From Lama guanicoe (Eukaryota), in contig PNXV01005434.1 in NCBI GenBank assembly GCA_013239625.1, positions 1 to 64,000 on the forward strand: a DNA stretch of 64,000 nt, written 5' to 3'. Position numbers and translations under genes: made by a program. The first letter of the stretch is position 1. Every line of letters starts with the position of its first letter. Below, in pieces: positions 52,210 through 64,000 of this stretch. Below the pieces are notes generated by a model. It made no database searches. It saw nothing but the letters and a program-made list of their open reading frames with translations, and was not told the DNA's origin.

Positions 52210-52643
52210 TCAGACCAAATCCTTCCCTGTGTTGTATATCTCAGTAGATTGTGGATAGCCACGTATTAATCAAAGACCATGAAAGGAGGAACCAAGGACT
52301 CTAGAGCATAGATAAAATGGACATAAGGTTTCTGAGCCAAGCACCCACCAAAGGGAATCCCAGCAGCCTGGAGCCACAAAATGGCCAGTGTCTTGGGCAC
52401 AGTGATGAAGGTGAGACCCAGGAGGGGTGAGTGAGAGAAGACAAAGGAATAGATACATGGACATATAAAGAGTACTGCCCATCACGATGACTAGGGTCAG
52501 AGCAGCACTCCCAGCCAGTCTCACCAGGTGCATGGCACAAAAGGGGGCAGTAATGCACGTGTGGGCAGCCTCCAGCCCTGGGATCCCCTCAGGATGAAAG
52601 TTTCAGGGAGGCTGTCAACAGTGACATTGGAGGCTGTCAGCAT
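52210..52643 (-). pseudogene. OR52D-like pseudogene with frameshifts and a large internal deletion
   Basis: The minus strand aligns to OR52D1 from the ATG to ...CTGAGATATACAAC, then jumps to GGGAAGGATTTGGTCTGA followed by 3'UTR-like ACTGGAGATA. The DRY arginine codon has become TAA. Confidence 0.88.
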
Positions 52644-55600
52644 CCTTATTTGATGTCAGCAGGCACTGCAGCTACTACTTCAGGGGGAAGAATAACTAGC
52701 ACAAAACCCCATTATTAGAGGACCTATTCTTTCTACATGGCTGAAGATGCCTCACAGGCACCTCTCAGACATTATCCAGTAAAGAATACTTCTGCTCCCT
52801 TCACCTCTCTTCACCATATCGTGTGTCAGAGAGTCTAGCTTCCCTCCCAACATCTTCTTTTGGGGATGATGTTTGCTATTTCTTTTCTCTTTCTCCTTTC
52901 TCTCTATTATCACTTAAGACAGAGCCTAGGGCATAAAATCATCATCCCACAAGACCAAAAATCAGCAGCCCAGTGGGAGAGGAACTGGATGCTTTTGACT
53001 TTACTCCAGTCCAAGAAATTGAGTTAACTATACAAGGTATATCCTCTCCAATGTCAGTGATCTTGGTGACTCATCCCTGTCCACTTCCCTTGTCCAGCAC
53101 TGCATAACCCTTAGGCACTTTTTTAATATAAAGAGTCAAGTCAGAATATATCTGACTAGACGTTATTCTCCACACAGGGCAGACAGAGGTAGACTTCAGG
53201 GAGACGGACACATCTCAGTGCTTTAGTGACTATACTTTTATTCATGGACTATATTCTTTCATGTATTTTTAAATGAGTTCAACAGATATCTTTTTCTTGT
53301 TCCTCTGCTCCCTGGTATAGCTGACAAACTCAAGAATTCTGCATCATCCCTTTGATATATCTGTCCATCTTTGCTCAACCCTAGGTCTTGTTCCCATTGC
53401 CCCTTCTGAAGAAATTATTCCACAAACCACCAACTCTGATCCATTGGTTCCACCCTCCGTAAGATTCCACACTCTGGGCAGACCTTTAAGCCTTCCCATC
53501 ACCCTTATCTGAATTCAAACCTTCGTACTCTGACCACATTCTGTTTCCTTAATGGCCATTTTGAATCCTGCACTCTCATCATCTGATCCTGTGTGTGGCG
53601 CACAGAATGAGGGTGCTGGTATCGTGAAAACCAGCTTAGAAATTCTACCACACGTGTGTGGGAAGTCACTTAACCCCTCTGAGCCTGTTTCTTTAGCTGT
53701 AAAATGAAAATAACACCCCATATCTTTCAGGAATTTCTAAGGAATAGCTGTACTCTCTCAACAGAGAAAGGCTCCCATTGCTTCCAGAATGGTTGCTAGC
53801 TTTGTTATTATTCCCCGGCTGCCTGGGTTTCTCTCAGGTTCTCCACCATGGAAGAAATTTCAAGGAGTCACTTTCTGAATTTCTCATTTTTTTTTTACTC
53901 CCAGTGAAAGCTAACACTGACATTTAAGATCTTAAATGTATTATATTAAGCAAAACAGTCAAGAATTTTAGTTACATTACCTATAAGAAGAACTGAAGTC
54001 ATTTTATCACAATTTATAATTTTCATTTTTCTTTATATTTCTGTATGTGAATAAATGTCTGTGTGCTGACTAGATGCCTGCGATTGAAACTGTGTATGAT
54101 TTTGTGATATACATCTACAACCGGCAGGCATCCGATTAATAGTTGCTATTGAGTAGAAATAATTCATCTCTGTGCTTCTCTCATTACGTAAGACTGAAAA
54201 TTCAGGCATAAGGCTATCACATTCTCTTTTCTACAGTACTATTGCTGTAGGACTGTGTGATATCCTCCATGTGAACTAGCCCAACTTTAGTTTACAATTC
54301 TACCATATGTCTCATTAACCACATTTTTCATTGTATATTATTCTGCAAATTGATGCATGTATAAGAGAGCATTGTGGGATTCAGTCCATCCATTCTGCCC
54401 AGCATCCCTCCTCCTTCCCTAAACTTTTAATCTCACTCCAACACTGGTATTACAGAAAAAACAGTTTAGCAGAGATCTCCCACAGACAACCCTCTTTTCC
54501 AATTTTGGATTTTCCAAGAGCATCTCACCTCCCTTTGTCCTGCCTAAAGAGATAATATGAGATGCAGGGACCACACGGTTGCAGACACTTTGGCACAGGG
54601 ATTGAGCTGTGCCCTATGCACTGGGCTGATGCCCTAGGGATCTAGCACAGGACTGTTCTTCTCCATAGTTCCCTCTTGCTGACCAAAGTTCAGCTTTCGT
54701 AACCACAGGTAACAGACAGACAGAGGATTCTGCAGCTTACTCCTACTCCACTCCTGAGAGCTCCTTCGTTTTTTTTTTCTTTTTTTTTTTTTGACTCTTT
54801 TGTAATCCTAAAGCTAGAATACAATAGTTCCAAGAGGGGGAAAGCAATTTGTAGAAGCCAGTAACTGCTATCAGATTGGAGGTAGCAGGGTCCAGCCCCC
54901 AGGAAGATTACTAACATTATTGTCAAGGTGTGTTACTCCACTGAGGTATTGATCACTGGAGCCAGCATGATGGAGGAGGGTGAAGCTTTCTTCTAGGATC
55001 CCAGAATACTGCCCTGCCCATCGCCCCAACTCCATCCCCAGGAATCTCCCTCATCACAGAGACCAAGCATGCATCACTGATCTTAGAAATACAGACCAAT
55101 ATTCTGGTGGCTACAGGCAAATGAAGAGTAAACTGTGTACCAGGCTCACTGCTGGGAAGTGGAGTCCAAAAGATGTTTTATACACAGCCCTTGACCTCCA
55201 CAACCTCAGGTCTCTTGGCTCATGGGCATCACAACACAGTTAAGTCACAGTGTCTATCTGAGAGACATCAGTCCTCTCCAGCCCCCAGGAAGCATGAGAT
55301 TCAGCTATTTCTCAGCCCAACCTCAATTGACCCGAGTCTGGCTCTGAATTTAATCCCTGGTTTCCCCTAAAGCAACTCCATCAACATGCTCTCTCCTTTC
55401 TCATCACTTTTTATCCTACTACATAGTTACAGGTAGCCACTGGTCCTCTGAAGAATGTTCCATCCACCTACACCATGTGTCTCCTCACTGATATTAGAAG
55501 TTTACAGAAGAGAATGGATAGATTAAGAATGGATTAATGACTTTTACTAAGACAAAGAAACCACGGAATTTAGGAAAGAAATGGGGGGCCAGTGGAAAGA

Positions 55601-56744
55601 TGCTAAGCTATACTTGGCTATGCTGAGCCAGAGCTTCCTTTGGGACACCCAGACAGGTTAGCAGTACACATAGACTCAGAGATTTGGGAACTGCGAACAT
55701 AAGACTAAAAACCAGAGCCAAGGAAATGGTCAAACTCTTTGAAGGATGACTAGAGAAAGAATTGGTGTAACATACTCTCAGGAAGCATCACTTTATAAGA
55801 GAATGGATAAGAAAATATATAAAACTAAGCAGCTTAAAGAAGGATCAGTGTATCAGGTACGGTAGAAGCATTTAGGAAGATTAGGAATGGGCAACAGTTT
55901 TGAGAAAGATTCTGCTCTGTCCTGTGGACAAGTCCCTGACTGCAGAGGATGGTGAAATGTGGCCAATGGAAGGGGAGGCACTTTCAAGAAATTCAGAGAT
56001 GAAAAGAAAGATCAAGTTCTGTAGCTGAATAGGCAGCAGAGTCGAACATTTTGTAGATAAAGGAAAGAAACCTGCAGAGGAGGAGAGGATGGAGCTTCCA
56101 AATTAGTGGAGGTGGACCTCGTGTAAGGGCAGGATCATGGCACAAGCAGATATTGGAAGAGCCGTAACTGAGAGGGAAGTTAAACACATTTCCTACAACA
56201 TCAAGAGGCTGGATCTAAAGACCGAGAAACATGGTCAAAGGCTGAGTGGCTTTCAGAGGCCGTGAAGAAATTCATGACTTCCTGGGGGATCAAAAGCCAA
56301 GATTCTTTCCGAGTCACTGCAGAGTTGTGATAGGGTGGCGATAGCAGTGTTGGTGGGGGAACTGGGTTGCTAACTGAGCAGGAGTAGAGATAAGGAAAAG
56401 AAAGCTCAGTATTTCCCTACCTCATGTTCAGATTTAGAAAATACTCTGAGATCAGGGGTATGAGAATAGGTGAAGCCCAGACTCAAGATCGCATAACATG
56501 ATCAACCCCTTGCCCAAACAACGTTCTCTTTGCCCACCCAGCCCCCAAATCGACACCACATTTGAGATCCAAGCAATCTTTTTTTTTTTTTAATGTAGAA
56601 CAGGCTTGGGCAGTGAGGGGAGGCTCTAGCAGTGTGCACAATATGAGCAGGAGGAATTCCCAGAATAAGCTACTTCTTCCCCTCCCCTTCCCTTTCCTCT
56701 CTCCTCTCTGCGGGTGGTGCATTGTGGGCACCAGCTGGAGGGAC

Positions 56745-58307
56745 CTAGGCCTCTGGTACCCCCAGCAGCCTCTCAATGGCAGCATGGATGTCTCCACCTG
56801 TGGCCACCAGGGCCTGAAGATTGGCATCATGATTAGCAAAGCCCATGGCCTTCAGATGCTCCAGTCCTTGCTGGTAGCAGCTGTCAGCGAGGGGGCACGA
56901 GGACAGGGAGGACTGGGTAGACTGGGAGCAAGCATTGGCCAGTGCATGGAGGAGCTGAAGAACGGCCAGTGTGGGTTGCACAGGGTCTGCTCTGTGACCT
57001 TGTCCTCCACCCCTAGTTTCAGGAGCTCCTCTAGCCCCATGTGGTCTACCTGGACCCCATAAACAAGGTCCCAACCCAGGCACCTCCCTGGACAGTATCT
57101 GCAGGCCCTTTTCTATCTGGATCAATGCCTGCAGTGCCTGTGGGTTGGTGAGTATGGGAAGCAGTGGCATATGGTGTCGCAGGGGACTGTTGGCCACCAG
57201 CTGGCGCAGCAGAGCTGGATTCTGCTGCAGGACATGCAGAGCTCTGCGCAAGGCAGAGGGTGAAGGTCTCAGCTGACTGGCTGGTGTGGCTTTCCCTATG
57301 GGCTGTTGGCTCTCCTGGGAGGAAAGATCCTGGCCCGAATTTAAGTCCGACATCCCAGTCCTGCAGCCTGAATTGGCCTGGTTTGAGACCATGCCCCTGA
57401 CTTGAGCAACGACTCCTACTCTGACCTCCTGTGCCGGTGGCCTGGCAGGTGCAGCGGCTGTGGGGACGGTGGTGGCGTTTGTGTTAGTACTGCTGTGAGG
57501 ATTGGCGCCCCCTCTGCTGGGCTCTGAACTTGGGCCATGGCCTTTGGAAGCAGCCAGTGAGGCCAGAGTGGAGAGCATGAGGTGCTGGATATCAGAGCAG
57601 ACTGGATGTGTGGCATTGTCACCACCTGGCACTGCCTTCAAGGCCTCCAGTCCCCACTTGTCTGAATGCAGGAGTTCCGGTGGCTGGGCCGGGTTCTGCA
57701 AGTTTTCCAGAGCCTTAAGAGCCGGCTCAGGTTTGTGTACTGGCTTTGAGGAGTCAGGAATGTGACTGGCATTGGCTAGCTTCTCACTTACCAGGCCTTG
57801 AACCATAGGGTCTTCCGAGAGCTGCACCACGGCCTCGGGCGCAATCAACAGGAGTTGCGCTAGCTGGCCAAGGAGGTCCGCCAGATCAGGAGAGCCCTGG
57901 GCCAGCCGGCCCAGCCTGGCTAGCATCCCAGCACTCTCCGAGGTGGATGGTTCAGAATGATGGGCACAGTGTCCAGTGGGACCTGGCAGAGCGCCGGGAC
58001 CGGGCTGAGTTCCTTTCACACGAGACCTCACTACCAAGTGGACTGTAGTGCCATCAAGGATGCCTCGCTGACTCAGTATGTCTTGATCCCGGAGGATTTT
58101 TCCTGTGAAGATGAGCACCAGTCTGTCAGAGTCACAGTGAAGGCGTTTGGAGATCTGCTTCTTAAAGTGGTGGATGCTGCTGTTCTCCTCCATCATAAAT
58201 TCCTGGCAGTCCTGTGGGGTCTTGACAGACACTCTGATAATGCGTGATGGTGGCTCCCGACCAGACACCAGCTGACCTTCCCCTGCTTCTTCTCTAGCCT
58301 GTGCCAT
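56745..58307 (-). CDS. UBQLN5: Ubiquilin-5-like protein (UBL, STI1-like repeats, UBA), single-exon ORF, 520 aa
   Basis: [11 protein letters not shown]...[17 protein letters not shown]1-like [54 protein letters not shown]. The N-terminus differs from recalled UBQLN3 and UBQLNL, and the position between OR52D1 and UBQLN3 is as in mouse. Confidence 0.82.
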   Translation of the reverse strand: MAQAREEAGEGQLVSGREPPSRIIRVSVKTPQDCQEFMMEENSSIHHFKKQISKRLHCDSDRLVLIFTGKILRDQDILSQRGILDGTTVHLVVRSRVKGTQPGPGALPGPTGHCAHHSEPSTSESAGMLARLGRLAQGSPDLADLLGQLAQLLLIAPEAVVQLSEDPMVQGLVSEKLANASHIPDSSKPVHKPEPALKALENLQNPAQPPELLHSDKWGLEALKAVPGGDNATHPVCSDIQHLMLSTLASLAASKGHGPSSEPSRGGANPHSSTNTNATTVPTAAAPARPPAQEVRVGVVAQVRGMVSNQANSGCRTGMSDLNSGQDLSSQESQQPIGKATPASQLRPSPSALRRALHVLQQNPALLRQLVANSPLRHHMPLLPILTNPQALQALIQIEKGLQILSREVPGLGPCLWGPGRPHGARGAPETRGGGQGHRADPVQPTLAVLQLLHALANACSQSTQSSLSSCPLADSCYQQGLEHLKAMGFANHDANLQALVATGGDIHAAIERLLGVPEA

Positions 58308-58505
58308 ATTTCCTCAAGAGCAGAATGCAGGAGTCTGAAGAAGTCTAGATGTAGTACCGAGTACACCTGGACGCAGGGACCAGTAGGTGTACAATGATGT
58401 CCTCTCACCCATGTCCTGTGGACACCGCCTTCCAGTGTAGCCCTCCCACCACCTGGCTCCCATGAGGTGGCAGCTGCCCTTCTCTAGAGCCAGCCTTAGG
58501 GGAGA

Positions 58506-58525
58506 TGATGTCAGCGATGAAGTCA
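58506..58525 (-). promoter_or_regulatory. Paired CRE-like sites upstream of the UBQLN5-like ORF
   Basis: TGATGTCA (58506-58513) and TGAAGTCA (58518-58525) each match TGACGTCA at 7/8, ~200 bp upstream of the ATG. Confidence 0.4.
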
Positions 58526-58899
58526 CAGTTGAGAAGTAGACCTGGTTAGGGGAAGGGCAGTGGTCTCTACCACCTGCCAGAGGTTGGCTTTCTTTAAGAT
58601 TTGATTTTAGTAATGCCTCAGCTGGGAGCTTGTTACAAATGTAGACTCTCAGGCTGGAACCCAGATGTACAGAATCATTATTTTCATTTTAGCACACCCT
58701 CAGATGGTCCCTGTGCCCAGTACAGTTTGAGAAGTGATGCCCTATATTACTAGTGAAGTTGGAACCATTCATCTACAGAACTGATACTTTAACAAAACCT
58801 AAGAAGAAAGCATATCTTGTATAATGTAGTTTATATTAGGGTTCAGGTTACAATATACTATTCTGATTCACAAAGGTATATGTATACATAGTTTCTACA

Positions 58900-59014
58900 A
58901 TTTTTGGGGGGGTAATTAGGCTTATTTATTTATTTAATAGAGGTACCAGGGATTGAACCCAGGACCTCATGCATGCTAAGCATGTGCTCTACCACTGAGC
59001 TGTACCTTCCCCCC
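58900..59014 (-). mobile_element. tRNA-derived SINE (camelid Vic-1-like)
   Basis: GGGATTGAACCCAGGACCTCATGCATGCTAAGCATGTGCTCTACCACTGAGCT. Confidence 0.8.
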
Positions 59015-61432
59015 AACAAAGAGATATTATGGGACCTAGAGCAATTACAGTTGTTGATTTACAGTCAGAACAGCTGAGACATTTTAACTGGACTTCAAAT
59101 GTTCAAACAAACTTCACTGTATATAGGAAAATAAATAGTTCGATTACCCTTAGCCAAGATTACTATTGGAACGTTAGCTTTCTGAAAGTGTTGGTATGTA
59201 TATATTTCAAGAGCATTAAATTTTGAAAGTGAAAAAAGTATTTTATTTAAATAACAAAAGAAAAAATTTAAATGTTCCTGTCTAAAACCATGTTTTGCAT
59301 TAGCCCCTTGCATGGTTGAAAATCATACCACTTGAGTTTGATAAATGAATATAGTTCAGGAGAAAACGTATTAGTCCAAGAACTAGCTTAGGAAGTGCTA
59401 ATTCTAGTCAGCTATCTTCTACTAAATTACTGTATACCAACCATGCCTCGTTCAAGGTCTCAAGTTGTTGTTTCTATATGAATGGAATAAAGACATGTAT
59501 AATTAGCCCATCCAGCTTCACTGGGATCTTGAGGCCACTTGCATCTCTAACACTCACCAGGTGGGTGACCCATCCATACAGTTCTAAGAAAGCAGCAGCA
59601 TGTCCTCCAAGAACTTGGGGGGAAAGGTGCTCTCTCAGCTTCCGCAGGATCAAAGATGAGACAAAAGAAATGAATGAGAAAGCAACAGGCTGACCTTAGG
59701 TCTTCACGACTTTAACAATTACTAGATATAAAGTATATTTGAGGAGGAGAATTGTCACCTGGGAGGGGACATATTCTGATGTAAAGCAGATTACTAGTGA
59801 CTCCCTAAGGCACTGACTGCTCCAGGCAGGTTAGGCCTAAGAGTAAGGTCTGTCTAATCCCTGCAACAATTACATTTTTTATTGTGAAGATGGATACGTG
59901 GGGTTGTTTAGGCTTTTGCCGTTATACACCTGACCCCTTTTTCTGATTCTACGATTTCAAAGGACTGTAAAATTAGAATCCAGTTGCCTAAAATGCCACC
60001 TCTAGAGGATTCTGGTAGATGTGGGCAGCATGAACATCTAGATCTTTCTACACTACTTTGTCGATTAGATATTAATATAATATTCCTGATTTCAGTTAGT
60101 TTGAATTGGCCCTCTTCCACGTCCAATCAGTATCAAGACCTTGATAAGTTGTAATTTCTGAGTTCAAAAGACCTTTTCAGTCCCAGTAAATGTCCCAGAG
60201 TGAGCCTCACGGCTGGTTGCAGCCAGCAGCCTAGTGGGACTTTCCTAGTAATGCCCGGGCCTCAGGACAACTTCTGTTACACAGATATCAGTGCCAAAGT
60301 CAGTTCCCATCGGGCGTTCCATTTGGGTTGCCCTCAGCAGAATCAGATATCCAAATGAATGTTTCTGAATTTTCCTTAGCTGGTGCATTAATGTGTAGCA
60401 GGCACTGAAGAACATTCCAGATAATGATTGTCCGTGATCACCTTCGAATATCTCATGGTTCCAGGTTTTTTTTTTCCCCTCATAGTCTTTGAGGTGACCT
60501 GCCCCTTCATCATCTCCCCTACAGGCTCTACAATTGGTGCCTAAATGTCTGCTGCCCGAGCTGATGGTCTTCCCAGACCATTCCTACACTTGCGTCTCAA
60601 GGCAGGAGTCCAGTCCACACAGTCCACCGAATTCTTCAATACAAGAACCACACTTTATCCCTCCTGAAGGGCTAGCATCATTTGAATATTTTATATTGTA
60701 CATATACTCCTTTTATAACTATAAAGTAAAGTAAAATAATTAACTATTTATTTAATTAAACTTTACTATTAAAAAAGAAAAAGGGGAGCTTGGCATCTCT
60801 AGGGTCCAATAGTCCTGGTTTAAATCTCACAGCCACCACTTCATAACTTTGACAAGCACTTATCCTTTTTAAGCCTGGTCTTTATCATTTATAATATGGT
60901 GGTTCTTCACAGATTTGTTTTGAAGAATTTGTTTATAAAGTGACACCCATGGTACCTGGCACAGAGCAGACACCTGTTAAACACTGAGGATTATGTTCAC
61001 ACCACAGGCAAGGCCAATCTGACAAATTCTGTGGTCAGGTCCATAACGGGATGGGGAGGTGCAAAGAACAGACATGTCTGTCAGGGCTGACTGAATCCCC
61101 AGGGACATATTCAGCAGCAGACAGCAAAGACAGCTCCAAGCACACTGGTGAAGAAAGCATCATATCCAGAAACTTACCGTCAGGCTAAGGGCTCCAACCA
61201 GACGCAGTAGAACACTGACTTTATGTGTTTGAACTGAAGTTCACTATATTTAAGATCTAATTTCTAGAAAATATATTGCATTTCCATCATTTGCACAGAG
61301 ACTGGTTAAAGTTTGTCCATCTTAGCTGCACTTTCACTAGATGCATCAAACGGTGTGAAGCGATCGCTGTCATGTGCAGTTTCAGTGCTTTTTGCCAGAA
61401 TTTTCCTTCTGAAAAATCCAGTGACAGTTTTA

Positions 61433-61480
61433 TTTGTTTGTTTGTTTGTTTGTTTGTTTGTTTGTTTATTTGTTTGTTTA
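61433..61480. repeat. (TTTG)n microsatellite
   Basis: Seen directly. Confidence 0.9.
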
Positions 61481-63468
61481 TTTTTTAACATGGAACTGCC
61501 ACCTGGGAGAAGACGGCTCCTGGGTGGCTATGCTGCAAGGACTCCCAGACAATGAGAAATGCCTGATTCTGCCCAGTTGGTGAGCTGCAGTTTCCCTCCT
61601 GTATACTCTGAGTAGATTTGTGTTAAGGGTGGCTTGTAATAATGAGTCTGTTTAATTAAGCCTAAGAAGAGCCGCTGATGGGAGTAGCAAAGGCTACGTT
61701 TGGAATATCAGCATCAGAATAAAATACAAGCTCGGTATCTAGCTACAAAGCCCCCCATGGCCACATTCCCGCCAGTCTCCTTAACTTCCTGATGTGGAGT
61801 TTCCCCTTTCTTACAAAAGCTGGCCACACTGGCTCCCCTGCTGTATCTGGAACGGCCAGGCGCCTTCCCACACCTAAGGTCATCGCATTAGCTGTGGCCT
61901 AAGTCTTTAACGCTTGACCACTAGTCTTTACAAGAGTCACTCTTCTTAACCATTCAAACCATCTCTTCCCAGAGGTCTTCCCAACCATTCACTCTCTTAT
62001 CGGTCTGTTTTCATTATCTGCATAGAACTTATCTTTCTGTCATATTTCTTCTTCAGTCACTCATTTTATTTTTCTGTCTCCCTTCACTAGACTGTAAGCT
62101 CCATGAGAACAGGAACCTTATCTTACTTGCTACTAGAACCCCAGTGGCAGCAGGTTACTAAATAAAATAAGTGTAGGAAGGAGGAAAAGCAAGGTGGGAG
62201 GGAGGGAGGTGGAAACAAAGAGAAAAGACGATTCAATGAAACACCTGGACAATGATTCATTGTCATGGGCGGCTAGGATGTTTCGCTTACCTAAATGTCC
62301 AGCAATAGGATAGTCTGGGAGGAAGAAAAATTCCTTTACTCTTCTGGGTTCACTTTCTATGGGTAAGGATGAAAACATTAGTTAACTTGATTTGGTGTGC
62401 TGGTTAAGAGTCTAGACTCCAGAAGTTGACTGTCTAATTTTAAATCCTGCCTGCAATATACAAGAGCTGTATAACTTTAAGTGACATACTGCCTCTCTCC
62501 CTATGCCTCAGTGTTCCTCATCTGAAAGCAGGGATAATAATACTTACCCGCATTAAAGGACTGATGTGGATTCAGATGTAAAGGGCTTAGAACAGGGCCT
62601 GGCTAGAGGAAAGCCTCAATAACGTTAACTATTATTTAAAAGTAAATATAAGTAGTGAAACCCTAAAATATCCAGGAAAAAGTGCATGCAGGTATTTATG
62701 GCAGAGATATTAGAGGAGTATCTTTCAAACCTTTTGGGAAGCATCCTTGAGTGCAAATGAGAAGTTTGTCTGAGATTCGGAGAGCAAGTCCCATGTGGCA
62801 TGCACACCCTCCCTCTGTGCCTTTGTGCAGAAGGGCTCTTCTGCTGGAACTCTCTTCCCTCCCCTCTCAAATCTTTACCTACTTCATTTTTACCACTTTT
62901 TACTCAGGCTAGTGGTAGAGAGCCCCAAAGAACACAGAGTAGCTGGTGACAACTCCTACAGGACATGAAATCTGGAGGACCTTTGGAAGGACACCAGGAA
63001 AGCTGCAGACCTCGGCTCACTCTCCTCTGTTCTCCGTGCCTCTGAATCTTAACTTCAGATCTTTCAGTTTTCCCTCCAAGCCCTCGTATCCACACAGGCA
63101 GCTCTTACCACCGCCTCTTCTCCTGTGTCCTCCCTTTTTCTCATAACCCACAAAGAATCACAGTCAGGCAGCAAATGACACTGGAGATTGGATGTAATTG
63201 CATCTCAGGATAGGCATTAGCAGAGCTCAGATGGGGGCCCCATGATGGTACAGTGGCAGGGGCGGTTGGGTCTCTCATGGCACCCCCACCCTGTTCTGGC
63301 TCTCATTCCTCCTCACTGACTCTGGAACAACATTGTCTCCACAGCAAAGAGCATCATAGTAAATTTTGTTCATAGTGCAGCTGCATTCAAGAATCGGGGA
63401 GGTAAGGGAGCGGGACACGGGGGGAGAGGTGCGTAGAGGAGAAGATACGGTCCGAACGACCAGGGCTC

Positions 63469-64000
<532 letters not shown>

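Overview
Mammalian genomic DNA, probably camelid judging by the tRNA-derived SINE. It covers part of the class I olfactory receptor cluster (OR51/OR52) where it meets the testis ubiquilin genes. Genes in order: two intact head-to-head OR51 paralogues (4676-5620 -, 13800-14744 +), a 5'-truncated OR51I2 (-), a truncated and frameshifted OR51 pseudogene (-), intact OR52D1 (+), an internally deleted inverted OR52D-like pseudogene (-), an intact single-ORF UBQLN5-like gene (-) and the 3' end of UBQLN3 (-). The non-coding structure is rich. A ~4 kb inverted segmental duplication (1-4095 vs 19398-23460) has mosaic identity, and there are two further dispersed inverted copies. The head-to-head ORs have mutually homologous promoter/first-exon modules. 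Other features are two template-switch-like palindromes, a precise 5'-inverted L1, several solo LTRs with intact target-site duplications (TSDs) and a multi-layer retroelement nest. I see no evidence for a wholly new biological system; the findings concern rearrangement history, OR regulation and gene retention. All alignments and identities were judged by eye, and gene names come from recalled protein sequences, not database searches.
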